Part shown: positions 47,885 to 57,642 of the stretch, piece by piece
How the letters are laid out: every line of letters begins with the position of its first letter
How positions within the stretch are numbered: the first letter of the stretch is position 1
Notes under the pieces: model-generated
Database searches by the model: none
What the model was told of the DNA's origin: nothing
Seen by the model: the letters and a program-made list of their open reading frames with translations, nothing else
Position numbers and translations under genes: made by a program
DNA from: Candidatus Parcubacteria bacterium
GTDB taxonomy: Bacteria > Patescibacteriota > Minisyncoccia > Phycocordibacterales > JAACPR01
NCBI GenBank assembly: GCA_009995365.1
Contig: JAACPR010000002.1
Coordinates: forward strand, 14,428-78,427
Length of the DNA stretch: 64,000 nucleotides
Direction of reading: 5' to 3'

Positions 47885-48106
47885 TTATTTTATACTTCTT
47901 GTATTATTAACTCTCTCAATAAAATTTTGAGCCAACATTTCTCTTTCTTTTTCTTCTTGAATTGTCTGTGAAAATAACATTCCAGAAATAGCAAAATTGA
48001 ATATTGCAAAAGCAACCAATAGAGTCTTTGTTGTTCTTGCACTAAAAGGCAATATACTTATGATGAAATTTTCTAGCTTGCCATTTTTATTTTTTTTCTT
48101 TGACAT
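47885..48106 (-). CDS. Small single-TM hypothetical protein
   Basis: Co-oriented with the two upstream ORFs, one TM segment. Confidence 0.6.
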   Translation of the reverse strand: MSKKKNKNGKLENFIISILPFSARTTKTLLVAFAIFNFAISGMLFSQTIQEEKEREMLAQNFIERVNNTRSIK

Positions 48107-48132
48107 AATATTTTATTTAATTACTAATAACC

Positions 48133-48600
48133 TTAAAAACCTATTTTACTCATTATATAATAAGTAGGTGGTTCTCGCATCTCTTCTTCGTCTAGGTATT
48201 CTAAAAGAAAATCTCTAACTTCATCAACCTCCACTTCATTACCAATAGGCATAATAATAAGCGGCATAAAGAATTTATTTGATTTGATCAGTATTCTATC
48301 TCTTTCATAACCATCTTCATCAACTACACAAAAAGAATCTAAAGAGCTGTAAAGATAGAGATCTTCACCAACGACTATGCCTTTTTTATTTAATTCGTAT
48401 TTTTCAATTTTTGCCGGTGTATGCATAAACATAAAAGAAGCAAAGGCTGAGAGTAAAATTATCAGAGCCAATAAGATATTGTTAAAGAAAATAGATAGCA
48501 CGGCTCCAGCTATTGTGACCATTCCGACAATCCAAAACCAATCGGAACTTTTCTCTTCTTTAATATGATCTAGCGTTTCCCATGTAATTTTATTGTTCAT
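48133..48600 (-). CDS. Conserved-looking membrane protein (2 TM + PH-like soluble part)
   Basis: WETLDH...KSSDWFWIVG, two TM helices, ATGA overlap with the upstream gene. Confidence 0.75.
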   Translation of the reverse strand: MNNKITWETLDHIKEEKSSDWFWIVGMVTIAGAVLSIFFNNILLALIILLSAFASFMFMHTPAKIEKYELNKKGIVVGEDLYLYSSLDSFCVVDEDGYERDRILIKSNKFFMPLIIMPIGNEVEVDEVRDFLLEYLDEEEMREPPTYYIMSKIGF

Positions 48601-49181
48601 ATTTGTTGCGCGTTATTTTCTTGGTTCAAGTTTGGTCCTGTCTTTTTTGTTCTGTATATAAAGTTCATTAATAATATTGTTACTGATGAAATAAACATAT
48701 AATCACCTAGAATATACCCAGTTACAAAGAAATCATTAGTAAGCCCGAATTGGAAAATTAATAATAGGTAAATCCAAGAAATTACGGAAACGCCATTCAA
48801 GGTTAGACCTACTTTTCTTAAAACAACAACTTGTTCGACATCCATATAATCTGAATTAAGTCTAAAATTCGCTAAAACAGGTACAACGATTCTTCTAAAT
48901 AATAGTTCATTTATTAATACTATTAACAATATAACAGCGGTTGCAATTAAAATATCTTCTTTTACAAAATCTATTTCATAAATAAATGAAAAAAGAAAAG
49001 AAATAGCCAAGATAAATGCACAAGTTAAATTAACATTAGCCAATAAATCAAAAACATCTCTTTCTTTTTTGGTTATTCTAAAGTCTCTCAAGAATAAGAA
49101 AGTATAAATATCATTTACTAAGGCAGAGCTAAACCCTATAACAATCGCCAATGTTTTGATAAAAATCATTAAAAATATCAT
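48597..49181 (-). CDS. Polytopic membrane hypothetical protein
   Basis: About five hydrophobic helices. Confidence 0.7.
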   Translation of the reverse strand: MIFLMIFIKTLAIVIGFSSALVNDIYTFLFLRDFRITKKERDVFDLLANVNLTCAFILAISFLFSFIYEIDFVKEDILIATAVILLIVLINELLFRRIVVPVLANFRLNSDYMDVEQVVVLRKVGLTLNGVSVISWIYLLLIFQFGLTNDFFVTGYILGDYMFISSVTILLMNFIYRTKKTGPNLNQENNAQQI

Positions 49182-49299
49182 TAGTTCTATTCTAACACTT
49201 TACAAAATAATGAAAAACAGTAGTGTTGATATCGGAGGTGAATTCGTCACTGCCGGTCTTAAAATAATAACAATCAAACAATCAACCGAAAGGTAAATA

Positions 49300-49623
49300 A
49301 TGAGTAAGGAAACTTGGTTTATATCTCCTAAGAATGAAGCAGCAAACAATTGTGCCATGGCTTTGGTTGATGGTGACAACGAAAGGGTCACTCATCAGCA
49401 AGTCTCGGAAAAGGTTCCTGGAAAAGAAGAAAAGGTTTTCGATGAATGGTTAATCGAAATGAATTCTTTTGAGGATGTTACAAATATGAAAAAGTTTAGC
49501 AAGAGCAAAACTTTGAAATATAAGGTATACCGCAAGAAAAGTCCTGGGGCGAAAATTAGTCGCTGGATTGGTGATGTTAACACTAATAAAAAAGTTCCCA
49601 GCGTCGCTCCTGTTGCTGGCTAA
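49300..49623 (+). CDS. Hypothetical protein (stand-alone cassette)
   Basis: SD AAAGGT, own promoter-like sequence and terminator (49645-49670). Confidence 0.7.
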   Translation: MSKETWFISPKNEAANNCAMALVDGDNERVTHQQVSEKVPGKEEKVFDEWLIEMNSFEDVTNMKKFSKSKTLKYKVYRKKSPGAKISRWIGDVNTNKKVPSVAPVAG

Positions 49624-49644
49624 CATTATTTAGATCTTTTATAC

Positions 49645-49670
49645 AAGTCGCTTGAGAGAGCGGCTTTTTT
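49645..49670 (+). terminator. Intrinsic terminator
   Basis: AAGTCGCTT-GAGA-GAGCGGCTT + T-run. Confidence 0.75.
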
Positions 49671-49757
49671 CTTTGCATTAAAAATGTTTTTTGATAGTAT
49701 GACTCCAATTCGAATTTCTGTTAGAATATTCGAATCAACCTTCGCTTCGGCGAATAT

Positions 49758-49849
<92 letters not shown>

Positions 49850-50148
49850 GACAGGTAACACGAGATAGGTTGTAATAATGTGAGTCGTGCGAGCACGAGA
49901 GTCTATAAAATAGAGTTTAAAAAGAGAGATCAAATCGCTCTTTTTATATTCTAAAATAATGGAACTCGAAACTTCATCGAAAAAATTACACACACTTGCA
50001 TATTTTTTAAACTTTATTATAATAATATTAACATATTAGTGTATTATAATATGTAATTCGTACAAAAGATAAAAACACAAAAATAAGAGGGGACTTTTGG
50101 AATATGTAAGATTGCTTTAATAAAACTATAAGATAATTAATTAAGAAT

Positions 50149-50514
50149 ATGCAAAACATAAAAACAATGATGTTGCCGATGATCATGCTGTTGATTCTAG
50201 TACTGTCAGCCCTCTCATTTGCTTGGCAGGGAATTGGTATGCACAATCAAGTACCACGAGAAGAATCAAAACTCCACGCTCTTCAAAATGAATATTTTAC
50301 TCTCTCAAAATCAGAACGAGAATCAGCTCCAACTGGTTCAGAACTTAATCAAAAACTTGTGCAAATTCAAAACTACCCTTCTTCGTTAATGGAATTGAAA
50401 TTAATAGGGGTTGGTAAAATTCTTACAGGTATTCTTGCTGCACTTCTTGCGATCGTATTTCTTTTGTTTATGATGCCGATTCGTTTGGCAAAATTGATGA
50501 AAGAAAATAAATAA
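50149..50514 (+). CDS. Two-TM hypothetical protein
   Basis: N- and C-terminal hydrophobic helices, first gene of the island operon. Confidence 0.75.
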   Translation: MQNIKTMMLPMIMLLILVLSALSFAWQGIGMHNQVPREESKLHALQNEYFTLSKSERESAPTGSELNQKLVQIQNYPSSLMELKLIGVGKILTGILAALLAIVFLLFMMPIRLAKLMKENK

Positions 50515-50559
50515 GGATAGTATTACGTTTAAAATTAATTAAGTAAATAAATAAAATAT

Positions 50560-50736
50560 ATGAATAAAGAACATACATGTAAAACATGCGATCCTGTGTC
50601 AGGTGTTGACTCTAATGCGTGTTGTACTGATGAACAAAAAGAACCTACAACTAATACATGTTTAGACTGTGAAAGTTGTGATGATGAGCATTCTCATGAA
50701 GAAAAAGACAATGAAAGGAATACCTGTGGAATGTAA
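50560..50736 (+). CDS. 58-aa Cys/His-rich metallothionein-like peptide (not in the ORF track)
   Basis: MNKEHTCKTCDPVSGVDSNACCTDEQKEPTTNTCLDCESCDDEHSHEEKDNERNTCGM: 8 Cys (CxxC, CC, CxxCxxC) and 3 His. Fills the gap in the operon. Confidence 0.65.
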   Translation: MNKEHTCKTCDPVSGVDSNACCTDEQKEPTTNTCLDCESCDDEHSHEEKDNERNTCGM

Positions 50737-50772
50737 ATAGGTATTATAAATATAATAGTAAAGATATAAATT

Positions 50773-51396
50773 ATGGAAACAAAACTCAAAGCAATTGGAA
50801 TTCTTGGATCACTTAAATCAAAAGATGTAGGAATGCCTTCAAATACAGAAGAATTACTTGGACAAGTTTTTAGTGAACTCGTAAAACATGGTGTCAAAAC
50901 AGAAGTTGTGCGGTTAATTGATCATGATATTAAACATGGGTTAGAGACAGATATGAGGGATGATTGGCAAAGTATTCTTAATAAAATTATTGAGGCTGAT
51001 ATTGTTGTTTTTGCAACACCAATTTGGTGGGGACAGCCTTCATCACTGATTCAAAAAGTGTTTGAAAGAATGGATCAAGTAGACAATGAATACATGATGT
51101 CAGGCAAATCACCTCTTACTCATAAAGTTGCAGGTATTGTTGTAACTGGTCACGAAGATGGAGCTCAACATGTTATCGGCACATTGGCTAATGCTTTGAC
51201 ATGGTATGGATTCACTTTGCCACCAGAAATGGCCGTATATTGGGTTGGGGAAGCAGGGCCACCTATGGATCAAGATGCTGAAAAACGTAGAAAGAATATG
51301 GCAACAAATATGATGGTCAATACTGTGTCTAATAATTTGTTTCGTTACGCTAAAATGATTAAAGAAAACAAATCAATGTTAGAAGAAAAAATGTAA
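50773..51396 (+). CDS. Flavodoxin-family / NAD(P)H-dependent FMN reductase
   Basis: GSLK...SNT, ADIVVFATPIWWG, KVAGIVVTGHEDG. Confidence 0.85.
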   Translation: METKLKAIGILGSLKSKDVGMPSNTEELLGQVFSELVKHGVKTEVVRLIDHDIKHGLETDMRDDWQSILNKIIEADIVVFATPIWWGQPSSLIQKVFERMDQVDNEYMMSGKSPLTHKVAGIVVTGHEDGAQHVIGTLANALTWYGFTLPPEMAVYWVGEAGPPMDQDAEKRRKNMATNMMVNTVSNNLFRYAKMIKENKSMLEEKM

Positions 51397-51401
51397 CACA
51401 T

Positions 51402-51677
51402 ATGAATGATAAAGAATACGAAAAAATAATAAAAGCAATCTGCAATACAAATCGAAAAGATATTATTGTATTGCTCAAAAATGCAAAAACAGAAATGTGT
51501 GTAAATCATATTTCAAAGGATTTAGAAATGTCTCAATCGCTAACTTCTCAACAATTAAAATATTTAGAAGCACGAGACATCGTCTATGGATATCGAGTTG
51601 GAAAAACAACATGCTACAAATTGTGTTCAAATGATATTACCAAAAAAGTTATCAAAATTATCAATATTTTAAATTAA
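51402..51677 (+). CDS. ArsR/SmtB family transcriptional regulator
   Basis: KAICNTNR.DII, CVNHIS, SQSLTSQQLKYL, R.GKTTCY. Four Cys. Confidence 0.85.
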   Translation: MNDKEYEKIIKAICNTNRKDIIVLLKNAKTEMCVNHISKDLEMSQSLTSQQLKYLEARDIVYGYRVGKTTCYKLCSNDITKKVIKIINILN

Positions 51678-51685
51678 GTAATAAT

Positions 51686-52165
51686 ATGAAAAAAATAAGT
51701 ATAGGAATAGTTTTAATTGTGATTTTAATTATAGGTTTTAGTATTTTAAATAAGCCTTCTCAAGAAGTTGTGAATAATACTCAGAACAATGCGGATTCAG
51801 CTGTTGCTAATACAAGTGAAACAGACGAATCCAATGAGTCAGATCAATTAAATAAGACAAGTGGTTTATATGCAAAATATTCGAATGATTTAAAACAATA
51901 TGAAAATAAAGACATAATCTTGTTTTTTAAAGCTGATTGGTGCCCATCATGTAGAGTAATAGATGCTGATATCAAAGCAAGTCTAAGTGATATCCCAGAA
52001 AACGTAGTTATTCTTGAATTGAATTATGACAAGGAAACAGATCTAAAGAAAAAATATGGAGTAACAACTCAACATATTTTTGTACAAATTGATACAAATG
52101 GAGATATGATCAAAAAATGGTCAGGAGGAAACAGACTTGAAGATGTTCTTAATCAAATAAAGTAA
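51686..52165 (+). CDS. Membrane-anchored extracytoplasmic thioredoxin
   Basis: N-terminal TM/signal helix, FKADWCPSC. Confidence 0.88.
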   Translation: MKKISIGIVLIVILIIGFSILNKPSQEVVNNTQNNADSAVANTSETDESNESDQLNKTSGLYAKYSNDLKQYENKDIILFFKADWCPSCRVIDADIKASLSDIPENVVILELNYDKETDLKKKYGVTTQHIFVQIDTNGDMIKKWSGGNRLEDVLNQIK

Positions 52166-52166
52166 T

Positions 52167-53816
52167 ATGCTGTTTTTTCTGATAGCTGTTCTTGCGGGTG
52201 TTCTCACAATACTTGCTCCTTGTATATTACCTTTACTACCTGTAATTATTGGTTCAAGTACGACAGAGGATAGCAAAAAAATATCTTCAAAATCAATTAG
52301 AATTATTTTTTCACTCGCTCTGTCTGTCATAGTATTTACACTTCTTCTCAAAGCTTCTGCTCTACTCATTGATATACCAAATTCATTTTGGACATGGTTC
52401 TCAGGTGGTGTGATAGTGATATTGGGACTCGTGATGTTATTTCCAAGTATATGGAGTAGAAACAAATTAGTTCTCAAACTTAAACTTTTTGGAGATAGAA
52501 AATTAGCAACAGGACATATTAAGAATAATAATATTGGCGATTATATTGTTGGTGCTTCACTCGGACCTGTGTTCTCTACATGTAGTCCTACCTATCTATT
52601 TATAATTGCAACAGTGCTTCCTGCGAGTTTCTTTGTTGGGTTCTCGTATCTTATTGGATTCGTAATTGGCCTCATGTTCTCTCTACTCTTGGTTGCATAT
52701 TTTGGTCAAAGTATTGTGAATAAGTTTACTCAAAACAGCAAAAAAACAGAAATAATTAAAAAAATATTCGGGGCACTTATTCTCTTGGTTGGAATTTCTA
52801 TTATTACAGGCTTTGATAAAAAAATAGAGGCATGGGTACTAGATTCAGGATATGGAGCAACAATTAATTTTGAACAAAAGTTAATTAATACATTTGATAA
52901 AGATATGAATGAAATAAATACATCAGAAGTAAAAGTAAAAAATACAGTATTACAATCTACTTTCCCAAATACAAATTGGAGCAAAGCTAATCCAATAATC
53001 GAAAAGGCTGTCTCAGGTGGTCCTAGCAAAGATGGAATTCCTGCAATAGATAATCCAAAATTTGAAAGCATCACGAATTTTACAGAATCAAATGATATAC
53101 AAGCTGTTGTGTTGCAAGAAGGTAATGAAGTTAAAGTATATCCATATAATATTTTGATCTGGCATGAAATTGTAAATGATGAAATTGATGATAAAAAAGT
53201 TGCAATAACCTTTTGTCCACTTTGTGGGAGTGCTGTAGTCTTTAATCGAGAATTAAAAAAAGGAGAAACAACTTTTGGAGTGAGTGGTTCATTGCTTGAG
53301 AGTAATATGATCATGTACGACAGAGATACGGAAAGTTTATGGCAACAAAGTACAGGAAAAACCTTAGTCGGAGATTATTTTGAAACTCAATTAGAACATG
53401 TTTCATTCCAACTTTTGACTATAGGTGAAATTAAATCAAAGTTTCCTCATGCACTCGTATTGAGCGAAGATACTGGATATTCAAGAGATTATAAAAGAAA
53501 TCCATATACTGGATATGAAAACACAAACAATCTCATATTTGATATTTCTTCAAAAGACAATACTTTCCCTATGAAAGAAATAATGGTTGTATTTAGAATC
53601 GAAGATCAAGTACTTACTTTCCCAGTGAACACACTAAAAGACGAGGGTGTGCATAAAGAAAAAACTACATTTGGTGAAATTTCAATTTCAAAAAAAGATG
53701 GAGAAATATCAATCGTTGATACAAACAAAAATAAAATACCATTCTATTTTGAAATGTGGTTTAGTGTACATAATCAAAACACAGAAAATGTAGTTATTTT
53801 AGATTTATTAGATTAA
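52167..53816 (+). CDS. CcdA/DsbD transmembrane domain fused to DUF3179 domain
   Basis: N-half LAPCILP...FSTCSP with about six TM helices. C-half SGGPSKDGIPAID, WHEIVND, FCPLCGS, FGVSG.L..SN..MYDRDTESLWQQ. Confidence 0.85.
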   Translation: MLFFLIAVLAGVLTILAPCILPLLPVIIGSSTTEDSKKISSKSIRIIFSLALSVIVFTLLLKASALLIDIPNSFWTWFSGGVIVILGLVMLFPSIWSRNKLVLKLKLFGDRKLATGHIKNNNIGDYIVGASLGPVFSTCSPTYLFIIATVLPASFFVGFSYLIGFVIGLMFSLLLVAYFGQSIVNKFTQNSKKTEIIKKIFGALILLVGISIITGFDKKIEAWVLDSGYGATINFEQKLINTFDKDMNEINTSEVKVKNTVLQSTFPNTNWSKANPIIEKAVSGGPSKDGIPAIDNPKFESITNFTESNDIQAVVLQEGNEVKVYPYNILIWHEIVNDEIDDKKVAITFCPLCGSAVVFNRELKKGETTFGVSGSLLESNMIMYDRDTESLWQQSTGKTLVGDYFETQLEHVSFQLLTIGEIKSKFPHALVLSEDTGYSRDYKRNPYTGYENTNNLIFDISSKDNTFPMKEIMVVFRIEDQVLTFPVNTLKDEGVHKEKTTFGEISISKKDGEISIVDTNKNKIPFYFEMWFSVHNQNTENVVILDLLD

Positions 53817-53825
53817 TATACGTAT

Positions 53826-54032
53826 ATGATTGAAATAATAGCATTAACATTAGAAACACTCGGTACGGTATTAATTGCCTACACCGCAATTAAAGTTCAT
53901 GAGAGGGTAAGAAAGGAAAAAAAGATTGATAATACAGTTATTAAAGAAATGGTATTAGAAAAGACAATGGGATTTTTGGGTATCGCTTCGATACTCATAA
54001 GTTATATTATGAATGTAATACTTACAATATAG
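53826..54032 (+). CDS. Small two-TM protein
   Basis: In-operon ORF with two hydrophobic segments. Confidence 0.7.
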   Translation: MIEIIALTLETLGTVLIAYTAIKVHERVRKEKKIDNTVIKEMVLEKTMGFLGIASILISYIMNVILTI

Positions 54033-54038
54033 ATTGAT

Positions 54039-56405
54039 ATGTCAAACACAAATACAAAAGATAATCTCACGGTTTATGTAATTATGGGAGTAACAGGTGA
54101 TCTTGCTTATAAAAAAGTAATCCCTTCATTGTGGCATTTATACACACATAATCATTTACCTGAAAAGTATAAAATTGTAGGTTTTGCACGAAGATCTTTG
54201 GGCGAAGACTTGTTTAAAAAATTAATAAAAGATTCTATTACTGATCACAATAATGGTCTGATTGATGAAGATGAATTTGATTCTTTCTTTGATCATTTTT
54301 TATATCAATCTGGTGATTTTGGTGATTTGGAATCTTTTAAACTTCTACAGGCAAAAATAAATTCTCTTCATGCCAATACCTCAGATTGTATAAATAAAGT
54401 TTTTTATCTTGCAACACCTCCCAATGTATATGGTTCTATTTTTAAAAATCTTGCCGAAGCAGGTTTGAATACTACGTGTGAAGACAAGAAATCCTGGACT
54501 AGAATTTTGATTGAAAAACCTTTTGGATCAGATCTCCAATCTTCAAAAGAATTGGAAAAATTATTGTCACAATACTTTACAGAAGACCAAATATACAGAA
54601 TCGACCATTATTTGTTCAAGGAAATCATTCAAGGAATAGAGAATTTTAGATTTTCTAATAACTTATTTGAAAATACATGGGACAATACAACAATTGAAAA
54701 AATTGAAATTAAATTATTTGAAAAAATAGGGGTAGAAAATAGGGGAAGTTTTTATGATTCTGTAGGCACATTAAGAGATGTAGGTCAAAATCATCTGCTT
54801 GCAATGCTCGCTGCTGTTGTAAGTGAATCTCCTGCATCTGGTGATACTGACTCATTTCAAAATAGAAGAGAAGATGTACTCGCACTCTTGCCAAAATGGA
54901 CTGATGATTTGGTACAAAAAAATACTAAACGAGCTCAATATGTTGGGTATGCTGATATTGATGGTGTTAATGAGAATTCTAAAACTGAAACATATTTTTC
55001 TGTCCAAACTACATTAACTGGTTCTAAGTGGGATGGAGTAACTGTGTATATGCAAGCTGGAAAAATGATGAACGAAGTGCGTAAAGAAATCGTGATAACA
55101 TTGAAACATCCAAAAGTATGTTTGTTGTGTGAAGAAGGTGAGCATAAACCTAATCAAATTATATTTAGATTTGATCCAAATGACGAAATAAAAATTATTT
55201 TTTATTCTAAAAAACCTGGTTTTAAACACTTGATTGAAGAGCGAGAGTTTACATTTTTCTTATATGAAAAAGAAACCAAAATTCAATATGTTGAAGAATA
55301 TTCAAAAGTTTTCTTTAATGTTGTTGAGGGTGACAAGTCTAGGTTTGTCTCAGTAAAAGAAGTTGAATTCGCATGGCAATTTGTAGATCCTGTTTTGTCT
55401 GCCTGGAAACAAGATAAAGTAATTCTTGATTCGTATCAAAAAAATACACCAGTATATTCTCAGAATCTACTTAAAGAAAAACAAAAAGGAGAGATTGCGA
55501 TTATTGGGTTAGGCAAAATGGGTGCTAATTTGGCAAAAAGATTGCTTGATACTAATTGGAAGGTGATTGGTTTTAACAGGTCTCCAGAAGCAACTGTTCA
55601 ACTTAAAGAATGTGGTCTTGATCCTGCATATTCAATTGAAGAAGTTGTACAAAAGATGCAGCCGCATCGAACGATTTGGATCATGACTCCATACCAAGCA
55701 ACTGATGATGTTATCAAATCTCTCATTCCACTTCTCAATAAAGGAGACACTATTATTGATGGGGGTAATTCAAATTATAAAGATACAATACGAAGAAATA
55801 CAGTATTACAAGAACACAACATTAATTTTATTGATGTTGGAGTATCAGGTGGTCCAGAAGGAGCACTCAATGGTGCCTGCCTAATGATTGGAGGTGAAAA
55901 ATCTATATATGAATCATACGAAAACTTATTTGCAGACTTATCTGTTTCGAATGGATACAAATATGTTGGATCATCTGGTGCAGGACATTTTGTAAAGATG
56001 GTACATAATGGAATCGAATATGGAATGATGCAATCAATAGGAGAGGGATTTGAGGTATTAAAAAAATCTTCTTTCGATTTAAATGTATTAGATGTTGCAG
56101 AGATATATAATCATGGATCAGTTATTGAATCTCGCTTAATCGGATGGCTTGCGCAAGCATATTCAAAATTTACAGTTAATTTAGACAAAGAAGAATGTTG
56201 CTCGGGTGTTGTTTCTCATAGTGGAGAAGGACAATGGACCGTAGACACTGCAAAAGAAATGAATATTGATGTCCCAATAATAGAAGGTTCTTTAGAATTC
56301 AGAAAACAATCTCAAAATAATCCTTCATATACTGGACAAGTAGTCTCGGCACTTCGACATGAATTCGGGAGACATGATACAAGCAAAAAACATGAAAATA
56401 AGTAA
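54039..56405 (+). CDS. zwf: Fused glucose-6-phosphate dehydrogenase / 6-phosphogluconate dehydrogenase (Zwf-Gnd)
   Basis: N-part GVTGDLA, IEKPFG, RIDHYL.KE, RDVGQNH. C-part IGLGKMG, IDGGNS, GVSGG..GA, GHFVKMVHNGIEYG, SGEGQWT, LRHEFG.H. One uninterrupted ORF. Confidence 0.92.
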   Translation: MSNTNTKDNLTVYVIMGVTGDLAYKKVIPSLWHLYTHNHLPEKYKIVGFARRSLGEDLFKKLIKDSITDHNNGLIDEDEFDSFFDHFLYQSGDFGDLESFKLLQAKINSLHANTSDCINKVFYLATPPNVYGSIFKNLAEAGLNTTCEDKKSWTRILIEKPFGSDLQSSKELEKLLSQYFTEDQIYRIDHYLFKEIIQGIENFRFSNNLFENTWDNTTIEKIEIKLFEKIGVENRGSFYDSVGTLRDVGQNHLLAMLAAVVSESPASGDTDSFQNRREDVLALLPKWTDDLVQKNTKRAQYVGYADIDGVNENSKTETYFSVQTTLTGSKWDGVTVYMQAGKMMNEVRKEIVITLKHPKVCLLCEEGEHKPNQIIFRFDPNDEIKIIFYSKKPGFKHLIEEREFTFFLYEKETKIQYVEEYSKVFFNVVEGDKSRFVSVKEVEFAWQFVDPVLSAWKQDKVILDSYQKNTPVYSQNLLKEKQKGEIAIIGLGKMGANLAKRLLDTNWKVIGFNRSPEATVQLKECGLDPAYSIEEVVQKMQPHRTIWIMTPYQATDDVIKSLIPLLNKGDTIIDGGNSNYKDTIRRNTVLQEHNINFIDVGVSGGPEGALNGACLMIGGEKSIYESYENLFADLSVSNGYKYVGSSGAGHFVKMVHNGIEYGMMQSIGEGFEVLKKSSFDLNVLDVAEIYNHGSVIESRLIGWLAQAYSKFTVNLDKEECCSGVVSHSGEGQWTVDTAKEMNIDVPIIEGSLEFRKQSQNNPSYTGQVVSALRHEFGRHDTSKKHENK

Positions 56406-57642
56406 ATTCAAAAAAATAATAACTCCTGTAGTGTTAATAGTGGCGATATCTGCGATTTTCCTAGTGTCTAGTTATTTTGCGGACATTTATAGTATCGAAA
56501 TACAAAATAGTATCGGAGAGGGTTCTATCGGTTTGTTGCTATTTTTCTTAATAAATATTTTGGCTGTAGTGTTGGCTCCTTTTACCACACTCCCTCTAAT
56601 TCCCATTGCAAGTGCTTTGTGGGGGTGGTTTTTGACAGGTATATTTTTAATTATATCTTGGACTATCGGATCTCAAATTGCATTCTACTTATCAAGAAGA
56701 TTTGGAAGAAAGTTAGTAGTTAAATTTATAAATATAGATAAATTAAATACTTTAGAGTCTAGAATACCAAAAGAAAATGTATTTTGGAGTTTGGTTTTAC
56801 TCAGAATGATTGTACCTGTTGATGTATTATCCTATGCTGTTGGATTATTTTCAAAAATAAAAAACAAGCTTTTTATTTCTGCAACATTTGTAGGAATAAT
56901 TCCGTTTGCATTTATTTTTGCCTATGTAGGAACTCTACCAACAAAAATACAATTAATTGTTGCGATTGAAATAATTGCAGCGGTATTGGTAATGCTTATT
57001 TATAAAAAAAGTAGTGCAAAAAAGATATTATTATTTCTTTTAATTCTATCAATATCCTCAACACTGTTTGTATATAGATCTGAGATAATTTCTTTGTTTT
57101 CAGGGCTTAGTGTACTTTCAAAAGAACGTCCTCTTCTGACTTCGGTGATTTTGATAGTAGCAAAGACAGTTTCAACTCCTTTGGGCTTTCCTGGGACTCC
57201 TTTAACATTATTGTCAGGTTCATTATTTGGAAAATTGTTCGGCACGGTTATTGCCTTAATAGGAAATACGATGGGTGCCACGCTTGCATTTATATTATCC
57301 AGGTATATTTTTAGAAATTATGTTCAAAAAAAAGTACTGCCAAATTACCCAAGAATTACTCAGTATGAAAAAAGATTTGAAGAGAGAGCTTTTTCAACCG
57401 TATTTCTCCTGAGGCTTATTCCAATATTTCCTTTTAATGGACTTAATTTTTTGTTAGGAGTGACTAATATCCCAATTAAAAAATATGTCATAGGATCATT
57501 TATCGGAATGATACCAGGTACTGCATTATTTGTGTATTTTGGTGAATCTCTGGGTTCAATGAGTTTGATTAATATTTTACTGGCACTAGGTGGTATCGTT
57601 TTATTAACATATGTAGGAAAAAAATATGAAAAAAGATTTTAA
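56392..57642 (+). CDS. Tandem double DedA/TVP38 (SNARE-associated) membrane protein
   Basis: Two units: GSQIAFYLSRRFG...LLRMIVP.D and GATLAFILSRY...LLRLIPIFPFN. Start likely the ATG at 56392. Confidence 0.85.
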   Translation: MKISKFKKIITPVVLIVAISAIFLVSSYFADIYSIEIQNSIGEGSIGLLLFFLINILAVVLAPFTTLPLIPIASALWGWFLTGIFLIISWTIGSQIAFYLSRRFGRKLVVKFINIDKLNTLESRIPKENVFWSLVLLRMIVPVDVLSYAVGLFSKIKNKLFISATFVGIIPFAFIFAYVGTLPTKIQLIVAIEIIAAVLVMLIYKKSSAKKILLFLLILSISSTLFVYRSEIISLFSGLSVLSKERPLLTSVILIVAKTVSTPLGFPGTPLTLLSGSLFGKLFGTVIALIGNTMGATLAFILSRYIFRNYVQKKVLPNYPRITQYEKRFEERAFSTVFLLRLIPIFPFNGLNFLLGVTNIPIKKYVIGSFIGMIPGTALFVYFGESLGSMSLINILLALGGIVLLTYVGKKYEKRF

